From NCBI GenBank assembly GCA_963664405.1, contig OY761158.1:5248001-5312000 (forward strand): a DNA stretch of 64,000 nucleotides, given 5' to 3'. Each line of letters begins with the position of its first letter. Position 1 is the first letter of the stretch. Positions 36,985 through 47,002 of the stretch are shown one piece after another. The notes beneath the pieces were generated by a model. That model saw only the letters and a list, made by a program, of their open reading frames with translations, ran no database searches and was not told where the DNA came from. This stretch comes from Thermoanaerobaculia bacterium (GTDB lineage Bacteria > Acidobacteriota > Thermoanaerobaculia > Multivoradales > Multivoraceae). Position numbers and translations under genes: made by a program.

Positions 36985-37779
36985 ATGCTCAAGCTCAACA
37001 ACGTCGAGGTCATCTACAATGACGTCATCCTCGTCTTGAAGGGGCTCTCGCTCGAAGTCGAAGAGGGCAAGATCGCGGCGTTGCTCGGCACCAACGGCGC
37101 GGGAAAGTCGACGACCCTCAAGGCGATCTCGGGTCTTCTCAAGCCCGAAGACGGCGAGGTCACCGATGGCTCGATCGAGCTCGACGGCGAGCCGATCAAC
37201 GGTCTCGATGCCGAGGACATCGTGCGCCGCGGCATCTTCCAGGTGATGGAGGGGCGGCGGGTCTTCGAGCATCTCAGCGCCGAAGAGAACCTCATCGCCG
37301 GCGCCTATACACGCCGCGACAGGGGCAAGATCAAAGAGAGTCTCGGCCGCGTCTACCACTTCTTTCCACGTCTCGAAGAGCGCTCCGGGCTGCAGGCCGG
37401 CTATCTTTCAGGTGGCGAGCAACAGATGCTTGCGATCGGCCGGGCCCTGATGGCGAAGCCGCGCCTGATGCTTCTCGATGAGCCATCTCTAGGCCTAGCT
37501 CCGCTGCTGGTTCACGAGATCTTCGAGATCATCAAGCGAATCAACGAGGAAGAAGGGACGACGATTCTTCTCGTCGAGCAGAATGCCAAGCTTGCACTTG
37601 GCATCGCCGACATCGGCTACATCATGGAGGGCGGTCGGGTGGTCTTCGACGGCAAGCCTGAGGTTCTCGAGGCCAACGAGGACGTCAAAGAGTTTTACCT
37701 GGGACTCACCGAGGTCGGCCAGCGTAAGTCGTATCGAGACGTCAAGCACTACAAGCGACGCAAGAGGTGGCTGAGCTAG
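36985..37779 (+). CDS. Liv-type ABC ATP-binding protein (LivF-like)
   Basis: GTNGAGKS, EGRRVF, LSGGEQQM, DEPSLGLAP, VEQN, C-terminal YKRRKRWLS. Confidence 0.93.
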   Translation: MLKLNNVEVIYNDVILVLKGLSLEVEEGKIAALLGTNGAGKSTTLKAISGLLKPEDGEVTDGSIELDGEPINGLDAEDIVRRGIFQVMEGRRVFEHLSAEENLIAGAYTRRDRGKIKESLGRVYHFFPRLEERSGLQAGYLSGGEQQMLAIGRALMAKPRLMLLDEPSLGLAPLLVHEIFEIIKRINEEEGTTILLVEQNAKLALGIADIGYIMEGGRVVFDGKPEVLEANEDVKEFYLGLTEVGQRKSYRDVKHYKRRKRWLS

Positions 37780-37815
37780 CAGAGGAAAATGATGACTATC
37801 ATTTCCCTCTGCTAG
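37776..37815 (+). terminator. Long stem-loop at the end of the ABC operon, between convergent livF-like and tRNA genes
   Basis: CTAGCAGAGGAAAATGAT-GACT-ATCATTTCCCTCTGCTAG (18 bp, 1 mismatch) followed by TTGCCTTTT. Confidence 0.55.
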
Positions 37816-38175
37816 TTGCCTTTTCGCGCCGAGGACGGCGCACTTCGAGCCTGCTTCCTATTCGCTCCGGGAAACGGCTCAGACAGATTCTGCAAAGTCA
37901 CGGGGCCGGTTGTCGCGGAGAGCTACTCGCCTGTCCGATTACTGGGACACCCTCCTAGGCCTATCTATAGTCTAGAGGCGCGGCTCCCGACGAGCCCCTA
38001 CTGGCTCCAGACCGATCGTCACCGGCTCTGCCTCCAGACCGTAGCCCGGCGGCGTGACCACCGTTGTATAGCGGATCGAAGTCTCGCCGCCCTCTGAGTC
38101 CGAGGCCGGTCACGTTCCTCTGGGTGACCCGGCCGTGGCCGCAATCTCGGCCGCTGCTGATTGTCGGGTGGGAAA

Positions 38176-38252
<77 letters not shown>

Positions 38253-38413
38253 AAGAAGCAATCGCGAGCCCAGGGCCCGCGAGGCACCGAAGAATACCTG
38301 CGGTCCCGGTAGCGGTCAACCTCGAGAAGTGATCGCTGTCATTTGCCAGGTCAACAGCAGGACGCCGCGGACGGCGAATTCGGAGATCGCTGTGCTAGCG
38401 TGCAGCCCCGCCC

Positions 38414-40860
38414 ATGCCCGACCGGCGCTCACCACGATTCTGGCTGGCTCTGCTCGTCGCCGCTTTCGGTGCCGTACAGGTCTTCCTCGCTTATCGCGAC
38501 TACGTGTTCGAGGATGCTTACGTTACCTATCGCTATGCCCAGAATTTGGTTGAGGGCCATGGCTTCGTCTTCAACCACGGAGATCGAGTACTCGGTACCT
38601 CCACGCCGCTCTACACGCTGATCCTTGCCCTGGCAGGCCTCCTCGGAGCGGATATTCCTCTTGCTTCTGCCGTCATCGCTGCTCTTTCACAGGCCGGCGT
38701 GTCGCTCGCATCCGGATGGCTGCTGCGACGGCTCGGCTACCCAAATCTCGCTCTATTCCTCGTCGTCCTGGTGATGTGGGGGCCTGCGGATCTGCACTGG
38801 GTCTTCGGCATGGAGACAGCTTTCTATCTCTTCCTTCTCTTTCTCGCCTTCTGCTGTGCTTTTCGGCGCCGCGCCGGCTCTACCGGTGTCCTCCTGGGCC
38901 TGGCCTTTCTTACCCGTTACGATGCGGTTGTATTCGCGGCATGCTTGCTCTCTCTGCTGTGGCTCAAGGAGCGCAGAGTGCCTTGGCGGGCTGGGATTGC
39001 GGCTGCCGCCGTCGTCCTGCCGTGGTTGGTCTTCGCCTGGAGCTACTTCGGTTCGCCGTTTCCCAACACGCTCTCCGCCAAGGCGCACGACGTCGAGGTC
39101 GCAACGTACTTTCAAGAGTCGATGGCCGTGCAGATCCACAACCTCTATACGCCGCTTTTTCGCAATATTCACCAGAGCCTGGTGCCACCGATCGTCGTCA
39201 GCCTCTTGACCCTGGCACTCATCGCCCCGGTATTCGCGGCTTGACGCAGGCTGTTCCGGCGTGAGCTGCTCCTGGTCCAGACCCTGATATTTCCGGTATT
39301 GCTTTGGATCGGGTATTCACTCATCGCCCCACCCATCGGCCATTCCTGGTATCTGATCCCTGGAACGTACTTCCTTCTTCTGCTGTGTCTCGCGAGCTGG
39401 GGCCTGGTGCTCGAGGAGCGTCGACTCGGGCCGCTGCCGGCGGTGGCCGTTGCGTTGTCTTTGGCTACGATGTTCCTGCTACCGTCTCGACTCCGCGAGC
39501 ATTCCGATCGCTGGCAGGGTAGCAATTTCACGCGCGGAAGGACGGGTGTTTATCGCACTCTGGGTCGCTGGATAGGCGACAAGGGCCTGGGTGACGCCAC
39601 GGTACTGATGCGCGAACCGGGCTATTTTGCGTACTTTGCCGACAATCCGATGGTGGATGGAGCCGGCTTAGTGACCAAGGGCATCTACTTTCACGGGCCT
39701 GTGGAGCGTCAAACGGCTCCCGAAGAGATCGTCGAGCGTCACCGGCCCGGCTTGATCGTGTCTCCGCCTCGTTACTGGCCCGGCCTGCCTCTCGACAGTT
39801 ATGTTCCTCTTTACCATCCGGTCCCCATTCGCACTCTCTATGTCCGCAAGTCTCTGTTCGCCGATCGCTTCGCTCAGCTCGTGGCTGATTGGCTCTCCCA
39901 GGACGCCCTTACTGGCCGGAGCCGGTAGAGCTTTCCGGCCACCCGCTCTACTACGACTTTCAGCGCGGTCAGGGGGCGGGCTGGGTGACGGGAGGGCGGA
40001 TCTTTGGTCACGTCGGGCACCCCCAGGCCGTCAGATACAGAAGGTCCCTCCTCGTCGAGGATTATCTGCACACTTATGGAGACAGAGAGACCTGGGGCAC
40101 GATCAACAGCCCGCCTTTCTTGATCGACTTCGACGAGCTCACCTTCCGCTTTTCCGGCACCAACCGCAACTACACCTTGGCACGCCTCCTAGTCGACGGC
40201 CAGGCGGTCCTTGTGGAGAAAGGCCACGGCGGAGAACTCCAATTCGAGAACGTCAACTGGCCGGTGTGGACCTGGCGCGGCAAGGTCGCTGTTCTGCAGT
40301 TCAGAGATGATGATTTGGAGGGCGGCTTCCTCGCCGCCGACCATGTGCGCTCGCTTCGCTACGAAGGGCGCGAGGTTCTCGACGACTTCGAGTCGGGTGA
40401 GTACGGCGAACTTTGGGAAGAGACCTTTGGCGACCGGCCGGCTCCGCTCGCGCCGCTTGCTCGAGAGCGTGGGCTCGCCTTTCTAGTTGGGCGGCGTGCG
40501 GCCACGAGTCAGAGCAGGGCTGGCGCCCAGGAGCTCCGCAGCCGCCCCTTCCGCATCGAGCGGGACCATATGTCCTTCCTGGCATTCGACTTCGGCGGCA
40601 CTGCCACGAGAGTCGAGCTGCGTGTCGACGGCAAGGTAATGCGGGAGTTCAAGGGCGGTCGGTCGCGGCGATTGCAGGGAGTGGTGTGGGGGGTTGGTGG
40701 TCTCCGTGGTCGAGAGGCGGTGCTGGCCGTGATCGATAACGCGAAACCGGCCGACGCGTGGATCGGAATCGACGACATCGCCGTTTTTGATCGGCCTTCG
40801 GTACCCCAGCCGGAGTCGATCACCCTAGAACAGAGTGTAAATAAAGGGGGCGGCGGTTGA
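38414..40860 (+). pseudogene. GT-C-type membrane glycosyltransferase with C-terminal beta-sandwich repeats, split by an in-frame TGA (39242-39244) and a frameshift near 39905
   Basis: EDAYVTYRYAQNLVEGHGFVFN, GMET, LTRYD, PNT motifs; ORFs 38414-39244 and 39299-39928 are in frame; the third piece (39889-40860) has two NSPPF/RSRPF...IDD-type repeats. Confidence 0.7.
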
Positions 40861-41013
40861 GCCTCCGAGCAGGACCAGGGCGCCCAAAAGCAGCAGCATG
40901 AGCACGATGGGGGTGAGCCACCACTTCTTGTTCTCTCTCATGAAGTCCCAGAGCTCTCGGAGAAAGCCCGGAGAGTCGCCCTCGGCGCTGCGCTCGAATT
41001 CGTTCTTCGACAT
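40825..41013 (-). CDS. DUF5989 family small membrane protein (SxtK-like)
   Basis: ELWDFMRENKKWWLTPI...AAPFIYTLF. Confidence 0.88.
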   Translation of the reverse strand: MSKNEFERSAEGDSPGFLRELWDFMRENKKWWLTPIVLMLLLLGALVLLGGSTAAPFIYTLF

Positions 41014-41024
41014 GTTGTCGTGTC

Positions 41025-41435
41025 CTAATACTGTCGGAAGTAACGTTCGACGTCGGGTCTAGCCCTGCGGTCGATCCAGTAGGTAGGCTCTTCCCTCTCC
41101 AGCGACCGGTTCATCGCGTCTCTACCGGCGATCCTCAGGGCGAGGCCGATCGGCACCACAGCCAGATAGTAAACGACTCCGAGCAGGAGATGTGACATCA
41201 CCCATCCGATGGGGAAGACGGCGTACATGATGCCTAGCCACACCCAGCGCATGAAAGGTGGCGAAATGAGGCCGATGGCCGACAGGATCAACGCTGCGAC
41301 CACGACGACTGCCCCCACCCGTTCGAGGCCGGCAGCGTGAAGCAGCCAGGCGATCCACAGCGCGAAGGCCGGGAAGACGAGAGCGGCAAACCAGCGCAGC
41401 TGGCGGGTGGTGGGGTCACGGTTGATCTGAATCAT
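41025..41435 (-). CDS. SxtJ family membrane protein
   Basis: QLRWF, PIGWVMS..LLG..YY...PIG, TYW, C-terminal YFRQY. Confidence 0.85.
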   Translation of the reverse strand: MIQINRDPTTRQLRWFAALVFPAFALWIAWLLHAAGLERVGAVVVVAALILSAIGLISPPFMRWVWLGIMYAVFPIGWVMSHLLLGVVYYLAVVPIGLALRIAGRDAMNRSLEREEPTYWIDRRARPDVERYFRQY

Positions 41436-41445
41436 TGCGCTTGCC

Positions 41446-43281
41446 TCAGTCGAGGTCGAAGCCGCTCTCGTAGCCGGCTGCCGCTTGCCGTTCGCGAGTC
41501 GGCTGCTCTTCTTTGAGAAGCAGGTAGTCCTCGAGCACGAGAGCGTCCATCTCGGTTGCCATGAAGCAGCGATAGGCGTCCTCCAGAGAGCACACGATCG
41601 GCTCGCCCCGAACGTTGAAGGAGGTGTTGATCACTACCGGGCAGCCGGTCCGCTTCTCGAAGGCGCCAATCAGCTTGGCGTAACGTGGGTGACGATCTTC
41701 GTCCACGGTTTGGAGACGGGCGGAACCGTCGACGTGGGTTACGGCAGGAATCTCTGAACGGGGTAGTTTGAGACGGTCGAGGCCTTCCAGACCGCCGTGG
41801 TCGGTCACTTCGGTGCGCTTGTCGGGATGCACTTGCGCTACCAGAAGCATGTAGGGACTGTCTTCTTGGTCCCGGGTTTCGAAGAAATCGTGCACACGGC
41901 GGCGGAGCACCGAGGGCGCGAACGGCCTAAAAGACTCGCGGTACTTGATCTTCAGGTTCATCACCGTCTGCATCTCGGGCTCGCGGGGATCGCCGATGAT
42001 GCTGCGACTTCCTAGAGCGCGGGGGCCGAACTCCATCGCGCCCTGAAAGAGACCGACAACTTTGTTCTTGCTGAGAAGATCTGCGACCTCGTCGACGAGC
42101 TCGTCCTCTTCGCTGAAACCGCGATTGGGGATCGACCGCTGGTCGAGAAAAGCTCCGATCTGCTCGTTGCTGAAGCGGGGGCCCAAGAGAGAGCCTTTTT
42201 GGCGATCTCGGTCTGTGCCCACACGCGAGTTGCCGAGAAGCTGGTACCAGATGAAGAGGGCGACGCCGAGCGAGCCTCCGGCGTCGCCGGCTGCCGGCTG
42301 CACCCACACCTCGTCGAAGGGGCCCTCACGAAGGAGGCGCCCGTTGGCCACGCAGTTCAGAGCCACGCCTCCTGCCAGGCACAGATTGCGCTGACCTGTG
42401 CGTCTGTGAACGTGATTCGCCATGCGCAGGACGATGTCCTCGGTGACTTTCTGTATTGAAGCCGCCAAGTCCATCTCTCGCTGGGTGATCGGGCTCTCCG
42501 GTGCCCGGGGTGGACCGTCGAAGAGTCGCGCGAAGGCTGGACCGGTCATGGTGAGCCCCTGGCAATAATTGAAGAAGGACATATCCATGCGAAACGATCC
42601 ATCCTCTTTCAAGTCGAGCAGGCGCTCCTTGATGATGTCGGCGTAACGTGGCTCGCCGTAGGGAGCGAGCCCCATCAGTTTGTACTCTCCTGAGTTGACC
42701 TTGAAGCCACAGAAGTAGGTGAAGGCGGAGTAGAGAAGGCCGAGGCTGTGGGGAAAGTGAAGCTCCTGGATCAGCTCGATCTGGTTCCCTCTGCCGGTGC
42801 CGAGGCTCGCGGTCGTCCATTCGCCCACTCCGTCGACGGTGAGAATCGCGGCCTCTTCGAATTGCGAAGGGAAGAAGGCACTGGCGGCGTGGGACTCGTG
42901 GTGCTCGGTGAAGACGAAGCGCTTGTCATAGGCGCCATCGAGGCCGCGCCTCAGTGCTCTGCGTGTGTGCAGCTTCTCGTTGAGCCATACCGTCATGGCC
43001 TTGCGAAACGAGCCGAAGCCACGCGGCGCAAACGCCAGATAGGTCTCCAGGAGGCGCTCGAATTTGAGTAGTGGCTTATCGTAGAAGCCGACATAGTCGA
43101 GGTCGCCTGCTTCCAGGCCGGCAGCGTCGAGGCAGTAGCCGATCGCGTTGACCGGAAAGTCCTGGTCGTGCTTTTTTCGCGTGAAGCGCTCTTCTTGGGC
43201 GGCGGCGACGATCTCGCCGTCGACAACGAGGGCGGCGGCCGAGTCATGGTAGAAGGCGGAAATACCGAGAATGGAAGTCAC
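41446..43281 (-). CDS. O-carbamoyltransferase (NodU/CmcH family)
   Basis: ILGISAFYHDSAA, EERFTRKKH, HHESHAASAF, DGVGE, GEYKLMGL, GGVALNC, EFGPRALG, NTSFNVRGEP; GTG at 43281. Confidence 0.95.
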   Translation of the reverse strand: MTSILGISAFYHDSAAALVVDGEIVAAAQEERFTRKKHDQDFPVNAIGYCLDAAGLEAGDLDYVGFYDKPLLKFERLLETYLAFAPRGFGSFRKAMTVWLNEKLHTRRALRRGLDGAYDKRFVFTEHHESHAASAFFPSQFEEAAILTVDGVGEWTTASLGTGRGNQIELIQELHFPHSLGLLYSAFTYFCGFKVNSGEYKLMGLAPYGEPRYADIIKERLLDLKEDGSFRMDMSFFNYCQGLTMTGPAFARLFDGPPRAPESPITQREMDLAASIQKVTEDIVLRMANHVHRRTGQRNLCLAGGVALNCVANGRLLREGPFDEVWVQPAAGDAGGSLGVALFIWYQLLGNSRVGTDRDRQKGSLLGPRFSNEQIGAFLDQRSIPNRGFSEEDELVDEVADLLSKNKVVGLFQGAMEFGPRALGSRSIIGDPREPEMQTVMNLKIKYRESFRPFAPSVLRRRVHDFFETRDQEDSPYMLLVAQVHPDKRTEVTDHGGLEGLDRLKLPRSEIPAVTHVDGSARLQTVDEDRHPRYAKLIGAFEKRTGCPVVINTSFNVRGEPIVCSLEDAYRCFMATEMDALVLEDYLLLKEEQPTRERQAAAGYESGFDLD

Positions 43282-43393
43282 GATTGTCGTGGGGGGAGCG
43301 GCTGCGAGCTCTGATACGCCGGTAGAATGGGCGAGGTTGGCGATTCTGGAGCAGAGCCGCCCGGTTGCGCGGATACTATAGAGCAAGCACAGT

Positions 43394-45697
43394 TTGATTC
43401 CTCATTGCTGGCGCACACGACTCGCCTTCTCAGTCCTCATGTGCCTTGCACTGGGTTGTCGAGGTGAGAAGGTACCTGTCGGTGCCGGAGACCCGCCGTT
43501 CATGGTGGAGCTTGTTCGCGCCGGCTCGTTCTCGGTCGGCGGGTCTGGGCTCTCCGCCGAGGCGCCCCTGAGCTTCGAGAGCACGCCGCGGATCGCAAGG
43601 GTCGGGAGCGGCTCTCATTGGCGCACCGCCGTGCTAACAGAGCCCGGCACCTGGTCCTGGAAGCTGACGGTGCCGTCAGGTGGCTCGCTTCATCTCGGGG
43701 TCGAGGTGTTCGGGCCGGATGGGGCCACGCCTCCGACCATGGAGGCGGTCGTGGCAGTGGTCTCACCCGAGCGCCGCAAGGTCGTTCGCGTCGTCTCCCC
43801 TCAGGAGCTCGACTCTCCAGGCTGGTTGGACCTGACTCTCGACCTGGCCCGCTGGTCGGGTGACGAAGTCATATGCGAGGTCTCGACCCGAGTTCTGGAC
43901 GTGGAGGCCCGCCCGATGCCGGGAGTCGAGCTCGCATGGTCACCAACCCGAGTGGTTTCGTCAGATGCTCGCAGAGCGGGGAAGGCGCCCAATATCGTGC
44001 TTGTCGTCATCGACACTCTTCGCTACGACTTCTTGTCGGCTTACGGTGCAGGCCGCTGGGCGAGCCCGCGTATGGCTTCGACTCTCGAGCGCCGGGGTGC
44101 GGTCTTCGAGCAAGCTTATGCTCAGGCCCCCTGGACTCTTCCGTCGATGATCTCCCTGATGACAGGAACGCACCCCGCGGAGATCCTCGGCCGTGATCCC
44201 GCCGCGTATGCGGTTCCAACGGATCTCGTGACCTTGCCGGAGCGTCTTCAGCATGCGGGCTACGAGACCGCAGCCTTCATCGGCAACCCTACCCTCCACC
44301 ACGGCAACGGTTTCGCGAGAGGACTGGACGAGCTGTATATCTCTCCGGCGGAGAATGCCTTCGTCTCCTCCATTGAGGACGAGGTCATTACTGTCAAGGC
44401 TTCGAGTTGGCTGGGCAGTCGTGGCTCCGCGGCCTTCTTCCTCTACGTCCACTATCTGGCCCCCCATGACCCCTATTCGAACTCGGTGCAGTTCCTCGGT
44501 CGTTCTCTACGTCGCCCCTTCTACTTCGGTCGTATTACCGGCCTCGACGTCCATGACCTCTTTCTCGGTACCAAGACACTCGACGATCCGTCCGCCGATC
44601 TTCGCCATCTTCGCGCTCTCTACGCCACCGAGGTTCGATACGTGGATCGCTGGCTGGGTCGTCTCTTCGCGGCGGTTCCGGAGAGACTCCTCGAAGACAC
44701 GCTTTTTGTTGTCACTGCCGACCATGGCGAAGAGTTGCTCGACCACGGCGGCTGGAAGCACGGCCGCACGCTTTACGAAGAACAGCTGCGAGTGCCGTTA
44801 CTGGTTCGTTGGGACGGGAAGGTCGAGCCTGGAAAGCGCATCTCCTCACCGGCTCGCCTGATGGATATCGCCCCGACCCTGCTTCAGGCGGCAGGCCTCG
44901 AGGCCGATAGCGGCTCGGGTCGCAGCCTGCTGCCTCTTCTGGTGGGCTCCTCTGGGCTCGATGAGGTGGACCTCTACGCTGAGCAGCTCAACTTCGGCCC
45001 GCGCAAGGTCTCCGTCACTTCCGGCGGCGAGAAGCTGATCCTCTTCGACGTGAACGAGCGAACGAAAGTGGAAAGCAAGCTGCAGCAGCGACTGCTCGAG
45101 AGCGAGAGCGAGCGCATTCCACGCGCTGCGGTTTACGATTTGAGATCGGATCCCGGCGAGCAGACGAATCTGATCGAGCAGGCGCCAACCACGGTTCGGC
45201 GCCTGCTGCCGTTACTCCATCGCAGAATGGGGCGCACGACGGCCGGTTTGCGTGTTGTCGCCAGTGCTGTCCCCTCTGGAGGCACACTCGAGGTCAGGCT
45301 TCGCTTCGATGTCGAGCCTGAGGCTCTCTCTTCCTATTTCTTGGCGGCTGACGACCGGGTGGCGCTCGAGGGGCGAGATCTGCAGCTCGAGCTCGGCTCC
45401 GATGTGATCGATAAAGGCGTGCTGGTGAAGGGGGCGTTTCAGAGTGTGGAGCTGGTCGAGGTGCTCCTCGACGGTCGGCCACTCCCTGAGGGCTCTTTCG
45501 TCACTCTTGCGGGCCCGTCGTCGCCTGCAGAAGCGCTCTCTCTTGACCTCCTGCGAGGGCCGGCGCCGCCCTCCTTGGAGTCGAGTGGGGGAGAACCACG
45601 GCTATGGCTCTGGCTGCCGGAGGCGAAGCCGCCGACGCCTCCCGGAGCCATCAACCCCGAGACCCTGCGTCGCCTGCGAGCGCTGGGCTATGCCTGA
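43394..45697 (+). CDS. Sulfatase-like hydrolase/transferase lipoprotein
   Basis: LALGC lipobox; PNIVLVVIDTLR, WTLPSM, PHDPY, ADHGE, WKHG, LRALGY tail. Confidence 0.85.
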   Translation: MIPHCWRTRLAFSVLMCLALGCRGEKVPVGAGDPPFMVELVRAGSFSVGGSGLSAEAPLSFESTPRIARVGSGSHWRTAVLTEPGTWSWKLTVPSGGSLHLGVEVFGPDGATPPTMEAVVAVVSPERRKVVRVVSPQELDSPGWLDLTLDLARWSGDEVICEVSTRVLDVEARPMPGVELAWSPTRVVSSDARRAGKAPNIVLVVIDTLRYDFLSAYGAGRWASPRMASTLERRGAVFEQAYAQAPWTLPSMISLMTGTHPAEILGRDPAAYAVPTDLVTLPERLQHAGYETAAFIGNPTLHHGNGFARGLDELYISPAENAFVSSIEDEVITVKASSWLGSRGSAAFFLYVHYLAPHDPYSNSVQFLGRSLRRPFYFGRITGLDVHDLFLGTKTLDDPSADLRHLRALYATEVRYVDRWLGRLFAAVPERLLEDTLFVVTADHGEELLDHGGWKHGRTLYEEQLRVPLLVRWDGKVEPGKRISSPARLMDIAPTLLQAAGLEADSGSGRSLLPLLVGSSGLDEVDLYAEQLNFGPRKVSVTSGGEKLILFDVNERTKVESKLQQRLLESESERIPRAAVYDLRSDPGEQTNLIEQAPTTVRRLLPLLHRRMGRTTAGLRVVASAVPSGGTLEVRLRFDVEPEALSSYFLAADDRVALEGRDLQLELGSDVIDKGVLVKGAFQSVELVEVLLDGRPLPEGSFVTLAGPSSPAEALSLDLLRGPAPPSLESSGGEPRLWLWLPEAKPPTPPGAINPETLRRLRALGYA

Positions 45698-45732
45698 GCT
45701 CCGGCCTGCTTACCGGTGCAGCCGTCCCTAGA

Positions 45733-45765
45733 CGAAGAAAAGGGCCGGCCTTGCGGCCGACCCTT
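45733..45765 (-). terminator. Rho-independent terminator after the thiolase gene
   Basis: Minus strand GGGTCGGCC-GCAA-GGCCGGCCC followed by TTTTCTTC. Confidence 0.8.
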
Positions 45766-45809
45766 GGATCTTCGATGGCGTACTCTGACGCCGCTGAGCT
45801 CGGCTTGGC

Positions 45810-46991
45810 TTACGCCGGCTGGCCGACCACCGAAACGAAGCTCACACAGCGCCCCGGGGCGCCGCCCAGGTTGTGAGTGAGTCCGAGTTTGGGGTCGTCG
45901 ATCTGTCGCGGACCGGCCTCGCCTCGCAGCTGCAGCCACATTTCGTACATCATCCGTAGCCCGCTGGCTCCGATCGGGTGACCGAAGCTCTTGAGCCCGC
46001 CGTCCGGGTTCACCGGCTGATTGCCGGCAAGCTCGAATCGGCCGTTCAGCACGTCCTGCCAAGCCTCTCCTCTGGCGGAGAAACCGAGGTCTTCCATCAG
46101 CACCAGCTCGGTGGGAGTGAAGCAGTCGTGGACTTCGGCCATGGAAATTTCTTCCCTGGCGTCTGTCACACCGGCCTGCTTGTAGGCATCTTCGGCGCTG
46201 GCGACCACCTCAGGGAAGGTCGTGTAGTCGTAGTCCTGCCGCATCGAGCCCTCGGCGGGACCGGCGACGAAGGAGAGAGCCTTGACGAAGATGGGATTGT
46301 CGCAGTACTTGTGAGCGTCCTCAGACCGGCAGACGATCGCCGCCGCGGCTCCATCACTGACACCGGAGCAGTCGAAGATGCCGAGCATGCCTGCGATCTT
46401 CGGTGAGGCCTTGATCTTCTCGATCGAGACTTCCTTCTTGAACTGAGCCCTCTCGTTCCGGGCTCCGTTGTAGTGGTTCTTCCAGGCGATCTTCGACATG
46501 ACGTCTTTGAGGGTGTCCTCATCGACCCCGTACTTCTTGCAGTAGGCGGGCGCCAGGAGCGAGAAGTTCGCCGGTGCTGTTGTCCCCGACTCGGTTCCGT
46601 CGCTGGGCGGCCCACCGCCGGTGAGACCGGAAAAGCCGGAGTCCTTGAGCTTTTCGACGCCGATGGCGCACACCAGGTCGTAGGCGCCGCTAGCTACGGC
46701 GTAGCAGGCATTGCGAAGGGCCTCGCTGCCGGTGGCACACATATTCTCTATCCGGGTTACCGGCTTGTACTGAATCTTCAGGGGAAGAGAAAGGGTCAGA
46801 CCGGAGACACCACTGCCTGTGGTGCCCAACCAATAGGCGTCTACCTGTTCAGCGTCGACACCAGCCGACGTATAAGCGTCGTTGGCGGCGTCGATAAGAA
46901 GGTCACCTGCGCTCTTGTCCCAGCGCTCGCCAAACTCGGTACAGCCCATACCCACGATGGCTACACGATCACGGATTCCATTACTCGACAT
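45810..46991 (-). CDS. Thiolase, SCP2/archaeal-like type
   Basis: ENMCATGS, SDGAAA, EVHDCF, NPDGGLKSFGHPIGASG, HNLGG. Confidence 0.9.
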   Translation of the reverse strand: MSSNGIRDRVAIVGMGCTEFGERWDKSAGDLLIDAANDAYTSAGVDAEQVDAYWLGTTGSGVSGLTLSLPLKIQYKPVTRIENMCATGSEALRNACYAVASGAYDLVCAIGVEKLKDSGFSGLTGGGPPSDGTESGTTAPANFSLLAPAYCKKYGVDEDTLKDVMSKIAWKNHYNGARNERAQFKKEVSIEKIKASPKIAGMLGIFDCSGVSDGAAAAIVCRSEDAHKYCDNPIFVKALSFVAGPAEGSMRQDYDYTTFPEVVASAEDAYKQAGVTDAREEISMAEVHDCFTPTELVLMEDLGFSARGEAWQDVLNGRFELAGNQPVNPDGGLKSFGHPIGASGLRMMYEMWLQLRGEAGPRQIDDPKLGLTHNLGGAPGRCVSFVSVVGQPA

Positions 46992-47002
46992 GATTTCTCC
47001 TT

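Noticed and set aside
39242-39244. Selenocysteine at this in-frame TGA
   Set aside because: Membrane-interface context with no redox motif and no SECIS-like CA-GUK-UG hairpin; Trp (TGG) is more plausible.
40825-43281. Saxitoxin biosynthesis cluster
   Set aside because: Only sxtI/J/K-like genes are present; no sxtA, sxtG or other core genes.
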